Source of the DNA: Pirellulales bacterium
GTDB taxonomy: Bacteria; Planctomycetota; Planctomycetia; Pirellulales; S012-138
Direction: 5' to 3'
Length of the DNA stretch: 64,000 bases
NCBI GenBank assembly: GCA_028066245.1
Contig: JALCBR010000008.1
Span: 10,771-74,770 of the forward strand
The notes under the pieces are model-generated. The model searched no databases, had not been told where the DNA came from, and saw only the letters and a list, made by a program, of their open reading frames with translations. Within the stretch, counting starts at the first letter, position 1. Every line of letters starts with the position of its first letter. Positions 57,936-64,000 of the stretch are shown here, piece after piece. Both the position numbers and the translations under genes were made by a program.

Positions 57936-59021
57936 TCAGGTTGAGCCACGAAACATGCAACCGCGACGACTTGGTCTAAAGCAACCCAAGCCCCGCCCAG
58001 CTTCCTGAGACCTACTCCGCTTCGGCAAATGGTTGGCTTCAAAATACAAGACCCATTTGCCGCCCTCAACGAAGGTCTCGATCAATTGATGAATGGATCG
58101 ATCGGGTCGCGGCGTGAGGATCATTCGCATCTTCCTGGCTTGCCCATCGGCAGTGACGTGCGTGCCTTGGAATCGCATTTTGCCATCCTCGTCAGACCAG
58201 GTTCCTTCATATCTGGCCTCTGCCCCGGTGCCATCAAACCAATGGTGAATCCACTTTTCGGACACGGGATCGTACCGATTGAAGCTCCGGCCCGTTGAGT
58301 GATTGGCTCCCCTCCACTTTTCAAGAATCAGAAACCCGTTTTCAGCCTTGGTGATGCTGGTGGTGCCGATCTGCTGATCCGTCTCTTGGCAATAAACAGC
58401 CCATTCACCCAGCCAGAAGTCCATCTGCTTACGGGATGGTAGTTGGTTCGCCGGACGAGCGGCCAGCGCCAAGTCCTCAAACCGTTTGTTGCCCAACAAG
58501 ATTTCCAAATCCGTGTCGTTTTCAATCGGATGCTGGCAGCGGAGGCCAGCGTCGACCGCTTGTTCCAGATAGCTCAACGCATTTTCAACGTCCTGCTGAA
58601 GTGCGTAGGCACAAGCGATGTTGTAGAGCGCAAGAGGGCGGCTCTGCTTGAACGTTGATGCAACCTTGTGTGCTTCGATGGCTTCATCCAACCGTCGCGC
58701 AGAATGCAATGAATACCCCAGCCGGAACCAGACAGTGGCGTTATCGGGGCACTCCTCGACAATCTCTTGATAGGCATCGGCCGTTTGTCCCCAAGCTTGC
58801 TCCGCGTTCTTGAGAGAATTTGCCCGTGTGAACAACCAGTCTGCGCGACGGATCTTGTCTTTTAGCGTGTGCTCTCGCGGCGGCGCGTTCTCGGCCGGTG
58901 ACATTAACCCTCCAGCGAATGCGCCCACAATCACGATGCCGACAATCCCGATCGCGATCACGTACCCCAAAAGACTTGAGCCCTTATTCGCTTTTGGCTG
59001 GGATCGACACATGCTTAACAA
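57936..59021 (-). CDS. membrane-anchored TPR protein with C-terminal beta-rich (DUF1579-like) domain
   Basis: TM helix LLGYVIAIGIVGIVIVGAFAGGL. TPR-like helices (WFRLGYSLHSARRLDEAIEAH, LYNIACAYALQQD). The C-terminal part is WLGEWAVY...WIHHWFDGTG. Confidence 0.6.
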   Translation of the reverse strand: MLSMCRSQPKANKGSSLLGYVIAIGIVGIVIVGAFAGGLMSPAENAPPREHTLKDKIRRADWLFTRANSLKNAEQAWGQTADAYQEIVEECPDNATVWFRLGYSLHSARRLDEAIEAHKVASTFKQSRPLALYNIACAYALQQDVENALSYLEQAVDAGLRCQHPIENDTDLEILLGNKRFEDLALAARPANQLPSRKQMDFWLGEWAVYCQETDQQIGTTSITKAENGFLILEKWRGANHSTGRSFNRYDPVSEKWIHHWFDGTGAEARYEGTWSDEDGKMRFQGTHVTADGQARKMRMILTPRPDRSIHQLIETFVEGGKWVLYFEANHLPKRSRSQEAGRGLGCFRPSRRGCMFRGST

Positions 59022-59267
59022 AACTGATGGCGGCGTTGCGTCCAGCGATTGGAACCCTAGGAGGTTTCATGACGCGTTGGAATCGCCGGGCTGTTGAGGA
59101 GTCTATTGGCAAGTTGATTCTAGGTACACAAGTGGCGGGGAAACAGTGAGTTCTTGCACACTGAAACGCCCCGGTTTCCATCTTGCAGCACTGGGTTGTT
59201 AGATTGTGGCCATTCGCGGCACGGAGTGGGCCATGTCAGTGGCAAATTGGAGACAAGACGAGTTGGC

Positions 59268-60461
59268 TCAGGCCGTTGGTTTGTAGAGCAAATCCGCAAT
59301 GGTTTTCATCAAAAATTCCAGTTTGGGCAAACGCGTGTAGATGGCGTGACCAGCGAGACTGCGGACAACGTTATCGTCTTTTGGTCCGAAGTCGACAAGC
59401 AGCGTCGTGCCCTGTTCAGCGACGCGCATCCCTCGGCGGAAGTTCTGACCGAATTCAGAACGGCGGACGCCGCTCTGCAAAACGGAGTGCAGCTTTCGGT
59501 CGGCGACAACCGCGCGGGGCGAAATCGGACTGGGAATGAGATTCGTGCCAGCGATACCGAGTAGGTGGATCAGATCTCCAACGTCCGCCTGCCAGAGTTG
59601 TTCCATACTTTCCGGTATTCGCGCCAGGTATGTCGGGTGCCGCTCTGTCGGACGGTGATTGACCAGATGCAACAAACGTTGGTTGCCTGTTAGATCCCAC
59701 CCGTACCGAATTGGTGTTCCCAAGGTTACCCAATCGAGAGCGCTTTCCCTGAGTTGTGCCCGTGCCGAGGAGTTCTTGGGCCCGTCATGCATGAGGATGT
59801 CTTTAACGCGCGACCAATGCGGCACATCGTTGGTCTTGGTCCCGGGAATGCAGTAATAGGCCTTTGCGGCAGCAAAGAACCGTTCCAGAGCCGGCATGTC
59901 GGCATGGATCAAGTTAGTCGCCAGAGCCATCACGTTTCCGCCGTGGCTGTGCCCTAGCATGAGCAGCTTGGAAGGTGCGCTGAGGTTCATCCGGCTGATT
60001 TCTTCAACCAGTCGTACAGCTCCGTCCGCTCTGCCAATGTGATTGTTCTCGCTGGACCAGTGGAACCGCTCGACGCGAATGTACTCTTGATCGCTGGGCT
60101 CATATCCGACGTTGATCGCGTCACGCAGGAGGGTTGCATACTTCTCCGTGAAATTTCCACCATCTCGCGCCAACGCATCCACAACTCGTTTGGCGACCTG
60201 CTTCAACTTGGAGTTCAATTTTTCCAGCATGCCGGCAATAGCATCAATCATGCCGAAGGTATCCGGCCCGGCAAATGTGCCATGCGCGAGGAGAATCGCT
60301 CGGACCCGCGCGGCACGAAGTTGTTGTCCGATTTGATGAAGCCTGGTTTGGGATAACTCCGTGTCCTCGGCGGAGGAGTTCAGCGCCTTCAGTAGTCGGT
60401 ACGGCGCAACGGGAGGATCCGCAGTGTATCGCTGGTGGCGGAAGTTGTTTGGGACAGGCAT
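59268..60461 (-). CDS. alpha/beta hydrolase (lipase/esterase-like)
   Basis: Nucleophile elbow LMLGHSHGGNV; 397-aa ORF. The subfamily is not recognised. Confidence 0.6.
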   Translation of the reverse strand: MPVPNNFRHQRYTADPPVAPYRLLKALNSSAEDTELSQTRLHQIGQQLRAARVRAILLAHGTFAGPDTFGMIDAIAGMLEKLNSKLKQVAKRVVDALARDGGNFTEKYATLLRDAINVGYEPSDQEYIRVERFHWSSENNHIGRADGAVRLVEEISRMNLSAPSKLLMLGHSHGGNVMALATNLIHADMPALERFFAAAKAYYCIPGTKTNDVPHWSRVKDILMHDGPKNSSARAQLRESALDWVTLGTPIRYGWDLTGNQRLLHLVNHRPTERHPTYLARIPESMEQLWQADVGDLIHLLGIAGTNLIPSPISPRAVVADRKLHSVLQSGVRRSEFGQNFRRGMRVAEQGTTLLVDFGPKDDNVVRSLAGHAIYTRLPKLEFLMKTIADLLYKPTA

Positions 60462-60855
60462 ATGAGTCTTCCCAGCGTGCTATTTCAAAGTGTTGAGCAG
60501 ATCAAGCGTATGAAAATGCACGATCAAGCTGTGGCACGACCGTGAAGACAAGCTATGGACCGCGAGGCTTGGCAATGAGCGACTTTGACACAGTGGTAGG
60601 GCATTTCATCGACTTTCGGAACTATCGATTAACCCTGTTTATATGCGACCAGGAGGTACAAGAGCCCGTAGCCAACGTTTCCCAGCTCGGAACTTGCCGG
60701 CGCGTTGACCCTGATTTCGACAACCTGCTATATTCGAGCGCTCCCCTCATTGATCGTCTTTGGCGGCCGGTCGTTATTGCGCCAAGATATGAATTGCCAG
60801 CCGTTCGCGCAGTTTCTGGAGGAAACACCGCGATTTTCAACCCTGGAGACTCAAG

Positions 60856-61815
60856 ATGGCAACAGCCCAGACCCACAAGATTCACGACGACATTACCCAA
60901 TGCATTGGCAATACACCGCTGGTTCGGCTCCGCCGTGTGACCGAAGGCTGCGTCGCCAATGTCGTTGCAAAGCCGGAAAACATGAATCCGCTGTGGAGTG
61001 TCAAGGATCGGTTGGGGCGTGCCATGATTGACGCGGCCGAGAATGATGGCCTGATCAAGGAAGACACGGTCATTATTGAACCCACCAGCGGAAACACAGG
61101 CATTGCTTTGGCCTATGTTTGCGCCGCTCGCGGCTACAAATTGATGGTCACCATGCCAGAGAGTATGTCGTTGGAGCGGCGAAGACTGCTCAAAGCGCTG
61201 GGCGCAGAGATTGTGTTGACGCCCGCCGCTGAAGGCATGCCCGGTGCGGTCCGCAAGGCGGAAGAGCTGCTAGCTCAGAATTCCAACTTCTTCATGCCCC
61301 AGCAGTTCAAGAACCCCGCCAACCCAGAGATTCACCGTAAGACTACGGCTGAGGAAATCTGGCGAGATACCGAGGGAGCGGTCGATATTATTATCTCAGG
61401 AGTGGGGACCGGCGGAACCATCACCGGTGTGGGAGAGGTGCTCAAGGGTCGCAATCCTGACGTGAAAATAATCGCAGTCGAGCCAGCTAACAGCCCTGTG
61501 ATCACACAACGCAAAGCCGGCAAGGACCTCCAGCCCGGCAAGCACACGATTCAAGGAATTGGTGCCGGTTTCATTCCTAATGTGCTCAACGTGGACGTGA
61601 TTGATGATGTGGTTCAAGTCCAAGATGATGATGCCATTGAAACGGCGCAGAACCTTGCCTGCATGGAAGGCCTCTTCTGTGGAATTTCCTCTGGTGCCGC
61701 CGCTTGGGCTGCCTTACACGTCGCACGCCAGCCAGAAAACGCTGGCAAACTCATTGTTGTCGTACTCCCAGACCTTGGCGAGCGCTATCTGTCGACCAAA
61801 CTTTTCCCGGAATGA
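60856..61815 (+). CDS. cysK: cysteine synthase A (O-acetylserine sulfhydrylase)
   Basis: IGNTPLVRL, the PLP lysine in [19 protein letters not shown] and [10 protein letters not shown]. Confidence 0.9.
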   Translation: MATAQTHKIHDDITQCIGNTPLVRLRRVTEGCVANVVAKPENMNPLWSVKDRLGRAMIDAAENDGLIKEDTVIIEPTSGNTGIALAYVCAARGYKLMVTMPESMSLERRRLLKALGAEIVLTPAAEGMPGAVRKAEELLAQNSNFFMPQQFKNPANPEIHRKTTAEEIWRDTEGAVDIIISGVGTGGTITGVGEVLKGRNPDVKIIAVEPANSPVITQRKAGKDLQPGKHTIQGIGAGFIPNVLNVDVIDDVVQVQDDDAIETAQNLACMEGLFCGISSGAAAWAALHVARQPENAGKLIVVVLPDLGERYLSTKLFPE

Positions 61816-61818
61816 TCC

Positions 61819-63207
61819 ATGATCGGAACCTATGAAAGCGTCTTAGAGACGATCGGCCATACTCCGCTGATTCGGCTTAACGGCGTTGCCGAGGGGTTGC
61901 CGTGTCCGGTCTACGGCAAGGTGGAGTTCTACAATCCAGGCGCAAGCATCAAGGATCGCGTTGGCCGTGCAATGATCGAGAAGGCCGAACGTGAAGGCCA
62001 GATCAAGCCCGGACAAACAACGATTGTTGAAGCCACTGCTGGCAATACTGGCGTCGGGTTGGCGCTCGTCGCCGCCGTCAAAGGCTACCGCTGCATTTTT
62101 GTTCTCCCGGACAAAATGAGCGAAGAGAAGATCCGGCTGCTGCAAGCGTACGGGGCGGAGACGGTGATCGTTCCCACGAATGTTCCGCCCGATTCACCCG
62201 AGAGCTACGGCAGCGTGGCCAAGCGACTTCTGAACGAAATTCCAGGCGCCTGGCATCCCAACCAGTTCGAGAATATGTCCAACCCGGAGATTCACGAACT
62301 CACCACGGGACCTGAGATTTGGGAGCAGACAGGCGGAAAAGTCACTTGCTTCGTCAGCGGCATCGGCACCGGAGGAACCATCTCCGGAGTTGGCAAGTAC
62401 CTCAAGGGACGCAACGCCAACATCAAGATTGTGGGTGCGGACCCGGATGGGTCCATTCTTTCCGGAAGTACTCCTAAGAGCTGGAAGGTGGAAGGGATTG
62501 GCGAGGATTACGTCCCGAAAACCTTTAACGGCCAGGTGGTGGATGATTGGGTGCGCGTGACCGATCAGGAATCGTTCATGGCCGCCCGCCGAGTCGCCCG
62601 TGAAGAAGGGTTGTTGATTGGCGGATCATCCGGCACGTGTGTTGCTGCTGCGTTGCGGTATGCGGAAAGGCTCAAAGCTGATGATCTTGTCGTGGTCATC
62701 TTTCCCGATACCGGCCGTAACTACCTGAGCAAAGTCTTCAATGACGATTGGATGCGCGAGAACGGGTATCTCGGAGAAGAGCGGAAACCGGCAACCGCAG
62801 GCGATGTCATCGCCACGCTGGGTGACCGTCCGTTGTTATCGCTAACGCCCAATCACACCGTGCAAGATGCCATCGATATGTGCCGGGACAAATCCATCTC
62901 GCAGATTCCAATCGTCGAAGGAGGGCAGGTCGTCGGCGGAATTCAAGAGGTTGCGCTCGCCCGGCAACTGCACGGCGGAACTGATCCCAGGATTGTCAAG
63001 CTTCGCGACATTCAGGCGCGACCCTTGCCGGAGGTTGACGCCCTCACCAGCGTCGATGAGGTCTATCGACACCTCATGGCGGGAAGTACGGGCGTCTTAG
63101 TTCGTCAGGCGGGGGAAATTGTCGGCATCGTGACTCGTATTGATCTGGTCAATTTCTGGAACATCCGTGGTCCTGACGAAAACAGGCTTGTGGGTGCGAC
63201 AGCTTAA
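61819..63207 (+). CDS. cystathionine beta-synthase (PLP domain + C-terminal CBS pair)
   Basis: IGHTPLIRL, GASIKDR, TAGNTGVGLA and GIGTGGTISG, followed by an approximately 130-aa tandem CBS-domain region. The start lies 3 nt after the cysK stop. Confidence 0.85.
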   Translation: MIGTYESVLETIGHTPLIRLNGVAEGLPCPVYGKVEFYNPGASIKDRVGRAMIEKAEREGQIKPGQTTIVEATAGNTGVGLALVAAVKGYRCIFVLPDKMSEEKIRLLQAYGAETVIVPTNVPPDSPESYGSVAKRLLNEIPGAWHPNQFENMSNPEIHELTTGPEIWEQTGGKVTCFVSGIGTGGTISGVGKYLKGRNANIKIVGADPDGSILSGSTPKSWKVEGIGEDYVPKTFNGQVVDDWVRVTDQESFMAARRVAREEGLLIGGSSGTCVAAALRYAERLKADDLVVVIFPDTGRNYLSKVFNDDWMRENGYLGEERKPATAGDVIATLGDRPLLSLTPNHTVQDAIDMCRDKSISQIPIVEGGQVVGGIQEVALARQLHGGTDPRIVKLRDIQARPLPEVDALTSVDEVYRHLMAGSTGVLVRQAGEIVGIVTRIDLVNFWNIRGPDENRLVGATA

Positions 63208-63264
63208 CAGCCTGCTGATTTGTCAAGCATTCCGTGACATCGATCCCCCATTGCCTGGAAGAAC

Positions 63265-64000
63265 ATGAGCTTTGACCAACAGCAAGGGTTTTCCACAAAA
63301 GCCATTCACGTCGGCTCGAGTCCGGACCCTACAACGGGCGCCACGATTCCGCCTGTGTATTTGACCAGCACATACACACAAGCGGCACCTGGCCAGCACA
63401 AGGGGTATGAATACTCACGCAGCAACAATCCAACGCGACAGGGCTTGGAGGATTGCCTTGCCGCTTTGGAAGGAGGCGCGGAAGCGGCCTGCTTTGCTTC
63501 CGGTCTGCAAGCGACAACCACCATCGTGCAGTCGCTGCTCGCGTCCGGCCAATCCATCGTTGCCTATGGCGATATGTATGGCGGAACGTATCGTCTGTTC
63601 GAGCGGGTCTTCAAACCATGGGGGCTGACGGTCCACTATACGGATGAGAATTCTCCAGAGGCGTTCGCGAAACTCGTCGATGAGACAACCCGCTTGGTTT
63701 GGCTGGAAACGCCCACCAACCCCATGCTGCGGCTGTTGGACATTCAAGCGATTGGCCAGGCGGTCAAAGACCGCGCCGCACGGTTGGGAACTTCGCTCTC
63801 CTTTGCTGTCGATAACACGTTCGCTTCGCCCGTTTTGCAGCAGCCGCTGTCTTTGGGCGCAGACATCGTTGTCCATAGCACCACCAAGTACATCGGTGGG
63901 CACAGTGATTTGATCGGCGGTGCCGTCATCTGCAAAACATCTCAGCAGATGGAGCCGATCCGCTTTACGCAAAACGCGGCCGGTGGCGTTCCCGGAGCGT
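63265..64000 (+). CDS. cystathionine gamma-lyase/synthase family PLP enzyme (partial, runs off the window)
   Basis: My own translation from the ATG at 63265 gives MSFDQQQGFSTKAIHVGSSPDPTTGATIPPVYLTSTYTQ...YEYSRSNNPTRQGLEDCLAALEGG. The frame is open to the window end. It is absent from the ORF track because no stop is seen. Confidence 0.85.
   Translation, partial: MSFDQQQGFSTKAIHVGSSPDPTTGATIPPVYLTSTYTQAAPGQHKGYEYSRSNNPTRQGLEDCLAALEGGAEAACFASGLQATTTIVQSLLASGQSIVAYGDMYGGTYRLFERVFKPWGLTVHYTDENSPEAFAKLVDETTRLVWLETPTNPMLRLLDIQAIGQAVKDRAARLGTSLSFAVDNTFASPVLQQPLSLGADIVVHSTTKYIGGHSDLIGGAVICKTSQQMEPIRFTQNAAGGVPGA

Noticed and set aside
60685-60693. GCUCGGAAC upstream of cysK, reminiscent of the SAH riboswitch core
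   Set aside because: There is no complementary CCGAG P1 strand and no GAGGAGCG or GCGCCAC element nearby. The gene context (cysK) is also atypical for that class.
63415-63972. 185-aa minus-strand ORF at the window end
   Set aside because: The opposite strand encodes an unmistakable Cys/Met-metabolism PLP enzyme (YSRSNNPTR motif) from the ATG at 63265.

Overview
The 64-kb window is dense, mostly single-copy chromosomal DNA. I infer a Planctomycetota (Pirellulales-type) origin from several hallmarks: DUF1559/H-X9-DG prepilin-like proteins, a 2.8-kaa giant protein, an ECF sigma/anti-sigma pair, multi-PAS hybrid kinases, a long YidC, and many bitopic low-complexity proteins. I support about 38 protein genes. 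Housekeeping genes are groES-groEL, yidC, trmB, a cysK / cystathionine beta-synthase / cystathionine gamma-lyase block, kynB, yraN and a SurA-like PPIase. Signalling genes are a Ser/Thr kinase, a REC-RsbW-like response regulator, and a 1439-aa hybrid histidine kinase. Envelope genes are MFS and ABC transporters, NfeD and a VWA/HEAT protein. I found no rRNA, tRNA, CRISPR array, transposase or integrase by eye. The strongest candidate for an undescribed system is a three-gene minus-strand operon at 19905-26283. It encodes a natural PilM-PilN fusion followed by two very large single-pass proteins. These two share Gly/Asp/Met low-complexity repeats, and no pilin, ATPase, platform or secretin gene lies nearby. 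Other leads: (1) a stack of hairpins ending in an intrinsic terminator just upstream of an unknown-gene/kynB pair (53120-53426), which may be a riboswitch-like leader; (2) a perfect 40-bp inverted repeat flanking 163 bp (56820-57062); (3) a TPR / alpha-2-macroglobulin / TPR giant protein without the CxEQ thioester; (4) an ECF module whose third gene combines a CXXCH motif with a secretin-like C-terminal tail; (5) a DUF1559 protein whose prepilin leader is replaced by about 590 aa; (6) a YidC with PDZ-like insertions. All family calls come from motif reading by eye. No database search was run.
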